A stretch of 64,000 nucleotides of DNA from Octopus vulgaris (GCA_951406725.2 OX597826.1:44702001-44766000); one strand, 5' to 3'; positions 1 to 12,444 are shown, counted from the stretch's first letter. The notes: generated by a model not told the origin, from the sequence alone. Translations and numbers: made by a program.

Positions 1-161
1 CTGTCATTGCCGCCATCATCATCATCATCATCATCGTCGTCATCGCTGTCATCGTCGTCTTCGTTACCATTGTCTTCATCACCATTATTCACCTTTTTCC
101 TTTCTTCTCATCATCCTCCTCTTCCCCCTCCTCCTCCTCGTCGTAGTCATCATCGTCGTCG

Positions 162-222
<61 letters not shown>

Positions 223-250
223 TATCATCATCATCATCATCACCATCATC
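1..250. repeat. (CAT)n-dominated trinucleotide low-complexity tract
   Basis: Direct CAT/CGT/CCT runs; these explain the poly-His/Ser/Met ORFs. Confidence 0.95.
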
Positions 251-272
251 AATATTATCTCTATCAGTATTT

Positions 273-395
273 TTATACAGCTATTGTCTGTGTAATAATA
301 TCCCGCCAATGGTCTTCTGGCGAGAAAAGACGGTATTTGTTTCCAATTGTTATTCTCTCTGTTTCTGGTGCACCAACTGGTGCACCTCCTTGTTC
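273..395 (-). CDS. Candidate terminal coding exon of an unidentified gene (EQGGAPVGAPETERITIGNKYRLFSPEDHWRDIITQTIAV*)
   Basis: On the minus strand an atatttcag acceptor is followed by 40 open, non-repetitive codons and TAA. No homology recognised. Confidence 0.4.
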   Translation of the reverse strand, partial: EQGGAPVGAPETERITIGNKYRLFSPEDHWRDIITQTIAV

Positions 396-656
396 CTGAA
401 ATATGTGTGCAGCATTGTATTTTGCAGCATGCAGAAATGTGTCTGCATACTACATGTGTTTTTGTTTGCTGCGAGATTTTTCTTTCATTTCTCTTATTGT
501 TTACTTTACAATTTCACCTATTCTGCAAAATAGTTGCAATGTGCGTTGTAACACTTTGTTGAGAGGCGTCTGTATTTCAATAAATGGTGTGTGTATATCT
601 ATATATATATATGTGTGTGTGTGTGTGTATGTGTGTGTGTATATATATATATTTGT

Positions 657-876
657 AAAAACGTTAAGACAACAAAAGAAAGAAAGAGACCTCGATATTA
701 TGTAAATAGAGGAATTTATCTGTAAATGTAATATGTGACATTTATTCGGTAGCCAATTCGAAGTTTTATCATGGCTACTGAATAATTGTTACATATTACA
801 TATAAAGATATATATATATATATAAATTTCTCTATTTACATAATATTAGTCTCTTTCTTTCTTTTGTTATCTTACC

Positions 877-881
<5 letters not shown>
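657..881. mobile_element. Fold-back (palindromic) element within TA/TG microsatellite
   Basis: 657-755 is an imperfect reverse complement of 772-881 (e.g. acaaaagaaagaaagagac / gtctctttctttcttttgt). A short (TA)n is inserted in the right arm. Confidence 0.8.
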
Positions 882-950
<69 letters not shown>

Positions 951-953
<3 letters not shown>

Positions 954-1160
954 CGGGAAGCTTTATGAAAATAAACAAAAGACGAAGGCAGGTGGAATAC
1001 AAACAAACAATTGTGTTAGTATGGCGGTCAGGAATATAAATAAAACAAGTCTTTTACGTTTCAAGCCTACGCTCTTCAACAGAAAGATACACAGAAAAGA
1101 AACACGGAAAGAAACAAGGAGAGAAAAAAAATGCTTGCAGAAGCTAGCGAATCAACATGG

Positions 1161-1163
<3 letters not shown>
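951..1163 (-). mobile_element. ~210-bp non-coding element flanked by (TA)n; Penelope pLTR/retrozyme-like
   Basis: (TA)n on both sides; same layout and shared 3' motifs with 16140-16353 and 31426-31638; carries a hammerhead-like motif. Confidence 0.65.
1050..1087 (-). ncRNA. Variant minimal type I hammerhead-ribozyme-like motif
   Basis: Minus strand reads UCUUU-CUGUUGA-A-GAGC(GUAG)GCUU-GAAAC-GUA-AAAGA: 5-bp helix I, 4-bp helix II, palindromic ACGU helix III. The core has A6->U. Confidence 0.55.
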
Positions 1164-1194
<31 letters not shown>

Positions 1195-1200
<6 letters not shown>

Positions 1201-1530
1201 CTTTTATGTGCATTTATGCAGTGTCAGGCATTGCCTACTTTGTGTCCTGTGTGCGTTGCAATGTGTGGGTTGCACCTGGGCACGAAAGTTCCTCTCCAAA
1301 CAAGCAGTTGCCTATGTATACCAGCCTATCTTCTCCGCGATACTGATATTATCCAAGGAAAAGGAAAGGCTGATACATCTTGGCACCATGACGTCGCAAC
1401 TCATTTCTACAGCTGAGTGAACTGGATCAACGTGAAATAAAGTGTATTGCTCAAGAACACGGCTGCCCGGTCCGGGATTCGAACTCACTACCTCATGATT
1501 GTGAGCCCGATTCCCTAGCCACTGAGCTTA
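1195..1530 (-). mobile_element. tRNA-derived SINE (family C here)
   Basis: Shares cagctgagt..actgga.caacgtgaaat..agtgt.ttgctcaagaacac and a B-box-like head with 3300-3559. Confidence 0.8.
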
Positions 1531-2565
1531 GTGGTTTTTCCTCTGTCTTTATCTTCTGAGTTCAAATGCAGCCGAGGTCGACTTTGCTTTTCATCCTTTC
1601 GATGTCGATAATTTAAGTACCAGTTGTGTACTGGGTCGATCTAATCGACTTGCCTCCTCCCCCAAAATTTCGGGCCTTGTACATAGAAAAAGAAAAAAAG
1701 CGGCGAGCTGGTAGTAACGTTAGCACGCCAGGCGAAATGCGTAGCCGTATTCCGTTTGCCGTTACGTTCTGAGTTCAAATTCAGCCGAGGTCGTCTTTGC
1801 CTTTCATCCTTTCAGGGTCGATTAATTAAGTACCAGTTACGCACTGGAGTTGATATAATCGACTTAATCCATTTGTCTGTCCTTGTTTGTCTCCTCTGTG
1901 TTTAGCCCCTTGTGGACCATAAAGAAGTAAGAAACCTTAGCATGTCGGGTGAAATGCTTAGCGATATTTCGTCTGCCATTACGTTCTGAGTTCACATTCC
2001 GCCGAGGTCTACTTTGCCTTTCATCCTTTCGGGGCTGATAAATTAAGTACCAGTTGTGTACTGGGGTTGAACTAATTGACTGACCCCCTCCTCCAAAATT
2101 TCGGGCCACGTGCCTAGAGTAGAAAAGAATATAATATAGGGTTTTAAGACGGTGAGCTGCTAGAGCCGTTAGCACAACGGGCAAAGTGCTTAGCAGCATT
2201 TCATCCGTCTTCACGTTCTGAGTTCAAATACCACCGATGTGGACTTTGCCTGTCATTCTTTCGGGGTCGATAAAATAAGTACCAGTTGCATACTGGGTTC
2301 GATGTAAGCAGCTTTCCCACTCCCTGAAATTGATGGCCTTGAGCCAAAAATTGAAACCAATATAAAATCATAAACTTGTCTATCATAATGTCTTGCCGTA
2401 TTCCGACTGGTTGCGTTCTGTGTGCAAATTCCTTAGAAGTCCCCTTTGCCTTGCATTCTTTCGGGGTTGATAAAATAAATACTAGTCAAGTAGTTCGATC
2501 GATGTAATTGACGTCCCCCTCCCCACTCAAAATTGGTGGCTTCGTGCCAAAATCAGAAAGAATTA
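1531..2565 (+). mobile_element. Cluster of about 5 co-oriented tRNA-derived SINEs (family A here)
   Basis: Repeated gttctgagttcaaattccgccgaggtcgactttgcctttcatcctttcggggtcgataaa..aagtaccag. The central domain resembles the Meta-SINE-type core as recalled. Confidence 0.9.
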
Positions 2566-2829
2566 TGGAGTCCGATAACGATGCCTTAAATGTGTGAATT
2601 GCGGTCTTTTATTGGATGCTTAAGGTTAGCAGTGAGTCTTGTTTTATAACCTTTTCGTGAAATTTCATGTGAAGGTATGTGATTAGGTGGTTGGTGCCTT
2701 AAGCATAGAATCACAAACTCGTTGGTATGATTCCTATAGGGTGGTTCCTTGTCTTTCAGCTAGGCACTTCTGTTTATGCTACACACACTTGAAAAATATA
2801 CAGCATTAGAGTATTGGTGTAGCCACCCT

Positions 2830-2868
<39 letters not shown>

Positions 2869-3299
2869 GTCACAATCCCGATGTTCAGCTAGGTGAATGG
2901 TGGGAGAGACAAACGTGTGATCACATACATACTTAATATAATTAGAGATAGCATGATATATGTTACTCCCATATCTTTTGTGAGTGACGGGTACTTATTG
3001 TAATTCCAGAGTTTAAGTTGTATAACATTTTCTAATGTAACTACTGAATTGAGTATGTATGTTATATACAGACTGCGTACATTTTGAGTATATATGTTGT
3101 GTAAAGAGTGCGTACATTTTGAGTATATATGTGCGTACATTTTGAGTTGTGCTACTGAATAGCAAGCATGCGACAATATTTTGGACTTTGAAACACAATG
3201 AGTCCTAGAATAGATTATAATGAGTTTGCTCATATACTTTTCATACCAATTGTTTCGGGTTATTATTGATAGTGTTTTTAATACTATGCCTCATATCAT

Positions 3300-3559
3300 A
3301 AAATAAATAAATGCGCCCTTTTAAAGCCTAGCCAGGCTCATGGGCCCGGTTTCCTGGTTTCTACAGCATATGTGTTCCCCAGCAGGACGGGACGCCAATC
3401 CATCGCAGCGTTACTCATTTTTGCCAGCTGAGTGGACTGGAGCAACGTGAAATTAAGTGTTTTGCTCAAGAACACAAAGCGTCGCCCGGTCCAGAAATTG
3501 AAACCACAATCTTACGATCATGATACTGACACCCTAACCACTTAACCACGCGCCTCCAC
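3300..3559 (-). mobile_element. Full-length tRNA-derived SINE (family C) with 12-bp TSD
   Basis: Minus-strand head gtggaggcgcgtggttaagtggttaggg with A/B boxes; (TTTA)n tail; TSD GCCTCATATCAT at 3288-3299 and 3560-3571. Confidence 0.9.
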
Positions 3560-3699
3560 GCCTCATATCATGCCTATTTCAAATTCAACTCTGATAGATT
3601 TTCGATCCTCATTCGGGCAATGATTTGTTTGAAGATATCTAGACACCTGATAAAAAAATACAGATATTTTTCCAATGATATTTGAATTGTTTCATTTAC

Positions 3700-5480
3700 C
3701 TTCTTCTCCGTCTGGGCAGCAAAGTCCTGAACGATTATGGCCAAATCGTTTAATCAATTCTTTCTGATCTTCACATGACTTAATGTAATCACACTTTGGT
3801 TCTGCCTCTTTTATCTTTATTTTTTGCTGGGAAGTCTTTCACCCAGTGTCGTAATCAAGATTTCTCCCGTTCCAGCCATGAATTCTACGCTTCTTAGTTA
3901 GTAATGCAATATTTTGTTCCGCATTTCAAACATGTTCACTTACTTTAGCTATTGGTCTGTAAAAACTTTTCTTGTCAGTTCCTTGCTACGGCATTCTGTA
4001 GCATCAAATTTTAACATACTGTTTTTCTTTTCTCACAATTCCTGTTGTTTCTTCTTTCCCCCCACAGATCTATCTATCATTTCATCCTCTGTTTTCTAAT
4101 TGTTGGCTTCCTTTCAGACAGAAAACAGTTTCTTTCTCTGTTTTGTTCGTGTTGCGTAGCTATTACTATTAATTTTCCATTATTCTTGACAAGATATTTT
4201 CTAGTCTTATACTGGGTATTATATAATATTGGTATTTAATAAAATAAAGCCCCACCTTTCTGTATTCGTTGAAAATATATTCTTTCTATATCAAAGTTTA
4301 GATGGTATAGCTTAAATGCAGTCACATTAGTTCTTGCTTTTCGGTCAGTCGTGTCATTTAATTTAGTTTAGCTGGGAATATTATAATTATATCTTATTAC
4401 TTAGAAAGTTAAAGTAGGGAAGACTATTATCTTTTATTTTTTATATAGCTCTTTCCGAGTATTACTCTAATACTCTGCGATATTCATTTCTCATCTTTTC
4501 TCTCGGTTCTGTCTTTTGTACTTCCTTTGGTTCATTTTATCCTAACAATTTTAAATGGTTCATTTTATCCTAACAATTTTAAAGTTTTCTGACATTTTTT
4601 CTTTTATATATTGCATTATATTGGTTATTATGATAGTGTTCCCTCCTTTTAAGGTTGCTATGGCTCATTTTTTAAAACCATAATATTAAAGCAATTACAC
4701 CAGTAACCTCGACAGCTCTCTGATCTGGATGAGTTTTGCCAGTTGTCACTCATCTGCTGCGTGCAAGTTGAGACCACATAGCAACGAATTTTATTATCTT
4801 TCCACAGAATTCTTACCCCAGGCCTTTTTACTAGTCTGCTAAAAGGAGTCAGGGACAGATAGACAAAAGAGTGGGGAGATGTAGTCCATTTGGAATATTA
4901 GTATTGCGATGGAGAATGGTTTGACTTTTATTGTCATTTTTTGTTGTTTGTGTATACACAGTCGTTTATCATTTACTTAAAGTCTTTTACATATGTGCTT
5001 ATTGATATAACTTTATAGTTAAGATTTCTAAGATCAACGTATGAATTACTCTGTCAAGAGTAATTATAATAATTCATATCCTACTCAGATTGTTCCTTAC
5101 CATTTTACAATCTTCGGTTATGGCTTTATTAATCAGTAATTGGTCATTATAACCAAATGAATATCTCTCCCTCCATTCTGTGAGCAAAGTATTTATTCCT
5201 GATGCCTCTTTATCCTTTACAATATTATTGCAGTTAAGGATAAAAGGAGGCTGGTTGTGGTGCTATAGTTTTTAGCATTTGCTGTTTCATTAAAATTTAA
5301 AGAGGCTTGATCCTTTGTAAGTATGCTAGTGATATTTTGTCCCTAGCTCCGCCATCATCTCATTAAGTTTCTTTGACAGTGCCTTATGGGCAGCAGTTAA
5401 ATATTTTAACCAAAGGTTTCTGATCTCATCATGCCAAGATATCTGTTCCTTGCTTGTACTTTTCGTGGCATCTAGGATAA
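3700..5480 (-). mobile_element. Decayed R4/Dong-like (RLE-type) non-LTR retrotransposon
   Basis: Minus-strand frames give YSFGYNDQLLINKAITEDCK and DYISPLFCLS, matching R4-clade RT motifs (GCKDQLLINK; GDSLSPLLF). Many stops and frameshifts. Confidence 0.75.
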
Positions 5481-5559
5481 TTTTGATATGATTATGACCT
5501 CGCTACAACTAACACTTGAACTTCCTTTGCTGTAATATGCAAAATTATTAGAACTCGAG

Positions 5560-5745
5560 ACAAAGTACCTTGCAATATTTGCTTTGGCTCTTTTCATTCT
5601 GAATCTAAATCCCACCGAGATCATCTTTGCATTTTATCCTTCCGGAATCAACAAAATAAAATACCAATCAAGTTCTGGGGGTCGATGGCATCGGCTACTG
5701 TACCTGCCCTCGAAATTGCTGGTTTTTTACCTAAATAAGAATCTA
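5560..5745 (+). mobile_element. Diverged family A SINE
   Basis: ttctgaatctaaatcccaccgagatcatctttgcattttatccttccgga matches the family A core. Confidence 0.7.
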
Positions 5746-5774
5746 TTATTATTTTGACCATGATACAAGAAAGG

Positions 5775-6297
5775 CATCAATGAGTATGTATATATAGACC
5801 GTTGCATCCTAGAGTTAGTATTAAGAAGCTACACCTACCACGGAAGGATAGACGGAGATGAATGACATTGATAAAATATAGTATGGAAATGGCAGAACGT
5901 TATATAGAAAAATATGTGAGAAATAACAGGAAAACTGGTTTTAGTCTTTAGAGGAGAGGTATAAGAAATTGTGGAGACGGGGAAAGAATGCAAGTAACGA
6001 AGACAACCAGAGCAAGAATGAACCGTATTAGGAAAATAGCTGCGCGGTCATCGTCTCAGACAAGTACATGATGTTGCAACAGGTGAATTTTGTTTATTGT
6101 TCAAGAATGGAAGAATCAAAACAGAAAGGGAAAGACTCATTATAACTCCTGAAAGCCAGTCATTCCGAACGAATGTCATTATACAAGAATAGATAGAACT
6201 GTGTGAAAGTTTTAAGTGCAGAATGCTTAACGAGAACGAGGAAACCGCTGTGCACATAATAAGTTCTTGTGCTTCTTTAACGCACAACGATAGTTAT
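5775..6297 (+). mobile_element. R4/Dong-like LINE C-terminal fragment
   Basis: LHPRVSIKKLHLPRK and KCRMLNENEETAVHIISSCASL (degenerate CCHC knuckle region). Confidence 0.7.
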
Positions 6298-6459
6298 GAC
6301 GACATTTCTCCTGACTCTTTCCAACCTCACTTCAAATTTCACCGAAGTCAACTTTCACTTTCACTCTTCCGGAATCAATCGAGTACCATTCGAGCACTGG
6401 CATTGATGACATCGACTAGTGCCCCTACCCAGGAAATTGCAAGCCTTTCGCCTAATTAT

Positions 6460-6797
6460 TATCACTATCATTGTTGTTTACTTTTCATCTGCATGTTTGT
6501 TGCAAAGATTTGCCGTGACACAATCAGTAGACTTGGGCAAGGAAGGATAAGACATGGTACAGTGCAACTGAAATCTTGGGGAGGGGCAGTAGCGAAATAT
6601 CTTCATGTAATACTATATAGACATTTGAATTGATAGGGTTTTTCAAAGGATGTGGGTAGTACTTTTCAGTACAATCTTTTGGATTTCTCTGAGATATGGT
6701 TTTCCTGGGATGCTGTCTAGAGGTTTCTGGCATCACTTTCTTATCATACCTAGGACACCTACAATAAGCGGAATAACTTCTGTTTTTAAGATTCCAA
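6460..6797 (-). mobile_element. 5'-truncated R4/Dong-like LINE 3' end abutting a (TAA)n/(CAA)n tract
   Basis: WNLKTEVIPLIVGVLGMIRK*..IPGKPYLREIQKIVLKSTTHIL is the typical RLE C-terminus; 3' UTR follows. Confidence 0.8.
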
Positions 6798-7202
6798 AAT
6801 TATTATTATTATTATTATTGTTGTTGTTGTTGTTGTTGTTGTTGTTATTGGCAGTGAATCTTCCTAAAAAATCCCTCTTTTTATTGTTATAGGGTAGGTT
6901 GTAATAAATTGTGAGACATTTTTCAATGTTATGCTGGTTTTCCAATTTGCCATTACATGTTTATGTGTACGGAGATTCCTGTATACAAGAGCGTAGAACA
7001 CTGTCGAATACTTTCTGGTAAACAATCTAAGTCATGTTCAGTTTTGACTTTTTTCCTCTTGCAGTCCTCTATAATGGCTCAGTGTACCAGAAGTTGCTCC
7101 TTGCAGCTTTACATCATTTTCTGCCACCCTTTACTATCATCATCATCATATTCATCATCATCATCGTCATCGTCATCGTCATCGTCGTCGTCATCGTAGT
7201 CG

Positions 7203-7237
<35 letters not shown>

Positions 7238-7241
<4 letters not shown>

Positions 7242-7528
7242 CCGCCTTAGCTTAGGTGGGGGGGTATTGTTTTCAGTCGTGTTTTTTCTTTGTCCGTGGA
7301 CAAGATATTTCAAGAACCACTGGATGGGTTCGGATGAAACTTTCAGGGATGTTTGACCTCCTGACTGGCACGAACCGAGTTGAGTTTGGAATCTATCCGG
7401 TACCGATCAAGGATTCTGGATTATTTGTTATATTTACTTTACTTCAATTGACATTATTTCACTCTTACGTTTACTTTCAAGTCTTTCTTTGATTATCTCC
7501 CTTGAAAGCACGCTTATTTCGAAGAGTC
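7238..7528 (+). mobile_element. Non-autonomous Helentron/HINE (DINE-1-like) element
   Basis: Starts cccgcc..ggtggg hairpin, then ggtattgttttcagtcg..tttgtccgt..aagatatttcaagaaccactggatgggttcggatgaaactttcagg, the characteristic HINE core layout. Confidence 0.55.
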
Positions 7529-7619
7529 GTCGTCGTCATCATCATCATCATCATATCAAGAACAACAACATCGCCATCATCACTATTGATTTTACTATTA
7601 TTATTACTACTATTTAAAA

Positions 7620-10600
7620 GCTATAATACGCTACTTTAGCCATGAACGCTATTGTCTTTAGGTTTAGTGACAACAATTTTTCTCAAAGGATTCATAAGAT
7701 TCTTGCAGAATACAGTATTCTACTTTTCATCAATACCAGGCTTAATTCCAATATGCCTCAATATCTAACTTGCAGTTTGTGTAGTAACCCAATTGTAGCA
7801 AGTGCCACAACAATAACTTTTATTTTAATCATTCACAGTCTCTTGAACTCTTCTGCTACGTCCTGTAATTTCTATATATTCTCAAATCTTTAGATATCTA
7901 GCCCACTCTTATATAGGATTACAAAGTCTGTGATATTACACAGTATATTTGTCTGTCGTCTTTGATCGTTCCTTGGATACTTTCTTCAATAATATGGTTA
8001 GGTTTTTGTAAAGAAAACTCACAAATTCATGTAATTTACCATTCACTATCACATCCTGTGGCTAGTGTTATATTACTTTTCTCTTACATTGAATCTGCGC
8101 ACACGGTTAACAACACAGTTCCGTCTTTTATCGATGCAACCATATAAGAGTTTATACTCTTTTTGTGCTAGCTTACTACTTCCACGCATATCCCGTTTTT
8201 TTCTTCTGATGTTTATCAATCATTTTATTCATCAAAATCTTTGTCTTGTTCTTGTTTGTGTGGCTACAATCAGCGATTCGGTTTCGCATTTAAGGTTTCT
8301 ACGTCAGTCACAAGCATTCTCACATTCAAGATCCTCCTTTAATTGCATTAATTGGCTCCGTAATTACATACATTTGCAGTTATTTTTTTATGTCGTAATT
8401 CCTTCTTTTCTGAAATTCTCCTACAGTTTCAGTGATTTTTTTACATACTTCTGGCCGCAGAAAGCATTCTTTTCTGACAGTGTACATCATAGTTTTTTGC
8501 AAATTCAATATCGCAGTATTGATGGTGTCTTCTACCTGTAACAGACTGCTGCCTTCTCTCTTTCTTGGTATGTAAAGCCTACCGATTTTACTTTTAGGGT
8601 GTTGTGCTTTGTGCACCATGAACAGCTTCCCAGATCGTCTATTCTTTTTATGTACATCAAATTTTGTCCTCTCTAGTAAAGTATCACAGAATCTCATCAC
8701 TGACAAGTCAAACATTTTGATGGTCTTGATAACAAATGTAGTCGATTTAGTTTTGTTTCAAATACCTTCCTAGCCATTTTCACGTACTCCTATGAGACAT
8801 TCTCTCTTTCAATTTTATTTCCATTACCTGTAATAATACTTAATGAGCTCATCTTGTGGTATCTTTAAAATTTTATATTTAATATTACAGTCTCTTTTCA
8901 GAAGTAGAACTGCGCACTTATTCATCCCAAACTATATATCATTATTCTTGCTACATATTCTTACTGTTTGAACTAGAGAAACCAGGTGTTTTCGTTCATG
9001 GTATATACGTGATATTATCTATATAAAACATGATTTATTTTCAAATTGCTTTCAGCGTGCTCATAAGCAGGTCTTCATTTCCCAGTACGTTAGCCAGAAG
9101 AAATAACACAATATCGGTAAGTAATGGCGAATGTGATTTGGAGAGAGCTAGGCTTCCTGAAATATTCCATTCTAAAATTTTGCATTTACTGATTCATTTC
9201 TGTACTTTCCGTACGTTAGTTCAATTTCGTATTGTATCATTATTTTCTTTCAAAAAATCACTTTTTAATATTCGCATTGATCCCCAACAATCGCTGATTG
9301 TAGCCACTCAGGAACAAGGCAAATATTTTGCTAAAACTAAGATTGATAAAATACAGACTCTGCATGAAAGCAGTAACCTAGCACAAAAAAAGTATAAACT
9401 GTAGCATGCTTGCGTCGATAAAAGAGTGACAATAGAGTGGGGTAATATACTTTGAATTCTTGTAGTCTATACAACTAGCATCTAAGTTCTTTTATTTTTC
9501 ATTTGTTCTTCATTTAACATCATGCTATTAATAATACAACAGATCAGTAACCTCCCATAACTTCTTACCCCATCCTTTTGCTCCTCTGGTAATAGATTCT
9601 CATTCTCCAGGAAAGTATTCAATTCATTTACTATGATGCCACTTAAGAAATTCCAGAATAATGTTAAGCGTATATTATGCCGATAATTACTGACTTCAGT
9701 AATTTTCTTTGTCAATGTCTATTACCATGCCTTTCCTTTTGACTTTCATATTGCTATTCCATTTTCTATGCAGTTGAATATAGCTGTGCCTGCTTGTGAG
9801 ATATTTGAGCCAAAATTCCTGGACGTAATTGAGTGCAGAGGATTTCCAATGTTGTATTTTTAACTATATTTTTCAAATTCTGATATATCTATATTTAGTT
9901 TTGTCGGTATATTTTCCGTTTTAATTTTCGACTCTCATAACCAGTTCATTTCCCTGTTAAGTTGAACCTTAACAAAATTTCCTTCTTGCTTCAAAATTTG
10001 ACATATTCCTCTGATCATCATTCCCATTGTTGAACTGATGGTAAATTACTTTTCATTGCTTCTGAATAAGCTTTCTGCTGATACTGACTTATTCTTTTCT
10101 GGTATTCATTTTTTTCCAGACTTCGCCTTAGTTTCTTTGCTTTTGGGGCGTGTTCCTATGTCTTTTAGTCATCGTAGTTTTTTAAATTCTTTTTTAATTC
10201 ATTTACATTTCCAATATCTCTTTTGAGCTTCAGTCTCCATTTCCAGTATGAGCCTTTGTTGATTTACTTTGCTTTATTTGAAACTCCAAGAATTTCGTTC
10301 ACAGAGAGGCTGCTCAGTTTATAACATCAATTACATCTTTTATAATCCCTTATAATCTTAACTTTGGGTTTCATTTATAGCTTATCCAGTGGCTTTATTG
10401 CTTTACGCAGTTGTTCACTTTTGATTTCTCGTGAAACTGTTAATCTTATCCTCTCCCTAATTTGTGTCTCATTTCAATGTTGAAGTAAACTCTCTTCTGT
10501 AACACACTTACCCGCCATGAAATAAAACTTGCTTTCACAAATACAACCGTTTCTTTCCATCTAATGATTCATTGATCTTTCTGTTATATCTTGTTCAATT

Positions 10601-10700
10601 TCTTCTTCTACCAAGCTTCACACTTCACTGTTTTTGACAATCGCTTCTAGGTCCAATTAGGATAGTCGATTTTCATGATTAGATTTTACTGATCTAGACG
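7620..10700 (-). mobile_element. Long, rearranged R4/Dong-like LINE remnant
   Basis: ENENLLPEEQKDG; HKAQHPKSKIGRLYIPRKREG..LLQVED; C-terminal RLE region near 7640-7900. A plus-strand piece lies inside at ~9280-9410. Confidence 0.8.
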
Positions 10701-10714
10701 TATTTGTCTGCTAC

Positions 10715-10788
10715 AATTATCAGTGTTGTTGTTATTATATTTATTATTGTTGTTGCTGTTGTTGTTATTATTATTATTTTTATTATTA

Positions 10789-10864
<76 letters not shown>

Positions 10865-10873
10865 CATCATCAT
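10715..10873. repeat. (ATT)n microsatellite
   Basis: Direct repeat run. Confidence 0.95.
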
Positions 10874-10880
10874 CAGTAGA

Positions 10881-11300
10881 GGCGCAGGAGTGGCTGTGTT
10901 GTAAGAAGTTTGCTTACCAACCACATGTTTCCCGGTTCAGTTCCACTGTGTGGCATCTTGGGCAAGTGTCTTCTACTATAGCCTCGGGCCGACCAAAACC
11001 TTGTGAGTGGATTTGGTAGACGGAATCTGAAAGAAGCCCGTCGTATATATATATACATATATATATATATGGGTGTGTGTGAGTATGTTTGTTTATCTGT
11101 ATTTGTCTCCCACTCCCATCGTTTGACAACCGATGTTGATGTATCCACGCGCCCGTAATTTAGCGGTTCAGCAAGAGAGGAAGATAGAATATGTACTAGG
11201 CTTACAAAGAATAAGTCCTGGGGTCGATTTGTTCGACTAAAGGCACTGCTCCAGCATGACCTCAGTCAAATGACTGAAACAAATAAAAGAATAAAAGAGA
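10881..11300 (+). mobile_element. tRNA-derived CORE-like SINE with internal microsatellite (family B here)
   Basis: Head ggcgcaggagtggctgtg..gtaag; CORE-like cttgggcaagtgtcttctact; internal (TA)/(TG); tail gaaacaaataaaagaataaaag. Confidence 0.9.
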
Positions 11301-11423
11301 ATCGTTACTGCGTCGGAGAGAGTCCATAGCGAGGTTTCATCCGTCTTTACGTTTTGAGTTCAAATTCCACCATGTTCGTCTTTGGTTTTCATTTTCTCAG
11401 GGCTTACTATTATTATTATTAAT

Positions 11424-11983
11424 GAGTGAGGGAACAGTGCATGCAATCAAAGTGACAATGGGGTAAAATATACGAAGCCCAGTATACCCATCATGACTAC
11501 CCGTCTGATAAGGGTACACTAGGCACATGCATCACAAGTATATGTGCGCGACATGGTGATCTTATATCAAGATAAACAGCACATGACCTTGCGGGGGGGG
11601 GGGTCCCAGTTAGAACTTTATTCTGGTCGAGTAACCCAACCCTCTCAAAAGGTCCCTGAATAAGGGTTGTTTAAGGATGTTGAACGAAACACCCATGTTT
11701 CCAGAGGCGAATTATTCAAACCTCCAAGAATTCCTTTCAACACGCACCTATGATGCTCCCCCACTACTTCTGCTCGTGATCAGAGCTGCTCATATCGTCA
11801 GCCACAAAGAGACATGCTCAACTGGATAAGGTCAAACAACTGACAAGCAAATCTGTGGTATTGAGCAGAATATTTGCTGTAGCCCATCTTTAATACCAAG
11901 ACAAAACAATGTACATGATAAGACTTCCAATCAGTTAAGATCAGAAGCCACGAGAGCCAAAGCCTGGCACTACATCAAGGCAT
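11424..11983 (-). mobile_element. ~560-bp non-coding interspersed element flanked by (ATT)n (family D here)
   Basis: Highly similar reverse-complement copies at 61257-61770 and 63020-63471. Orientation is inferred. Confidence 0.85.
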
Positions 11984-11984
11984 C

Positions 11985-12015
<31 letters not shown>

Positions 12016-12016
12016 G

Positions 12017-12096
<80 letters not shown>

Positions 12097-12444
12097 TGAT
12101 GTTTTTGTTTTTGTTATTGCTGTTATCACCATAATCATGCTTATCAGCATATCTTCAGTCTTTACGTTTGGTATTCAAATACCACAGATGACGACTTTGC
12201 CTTTCATCATTTCAGGGGTCGATGCAAAAAGTACCAGTTGAACACTTGAGTCAATAAAACCGACTAGTCCATATCTAACAAAATTCAAGCCTCGTGCCTA
12301 TTATAGAAAGGCTTATCATCACCATTATCATCACCAACACCAATACCACCAAGATCATGATGATGAGGAGCAAGAAGAGAAGCATGATTATTATCATTAT
12401 TATTGTTGTCGTTGTTGTTGTTGTTATCATTATTATTGTTGTTG

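Noticed and set aside
7-399. Poly-Ser/poly-His ORF and the many YI/IY, poly-I/L/N/M ORFs throughout the track
   Set aside because: They are translations of (CAT)n, (TA)n, (TAA)n and (CA)n microsatellites, open on both strands with no coding signal.
3074-3147. CRISPR-like repeat-spacer pattern
   Set aside because: Only three 16-bp repeats with very short unequal spacers, in a eukaryotic context with no cas genes.
4528-4583. 28-bp tandem duplication
   Set aside because: Ordinary local slippage inside a dead LINE.
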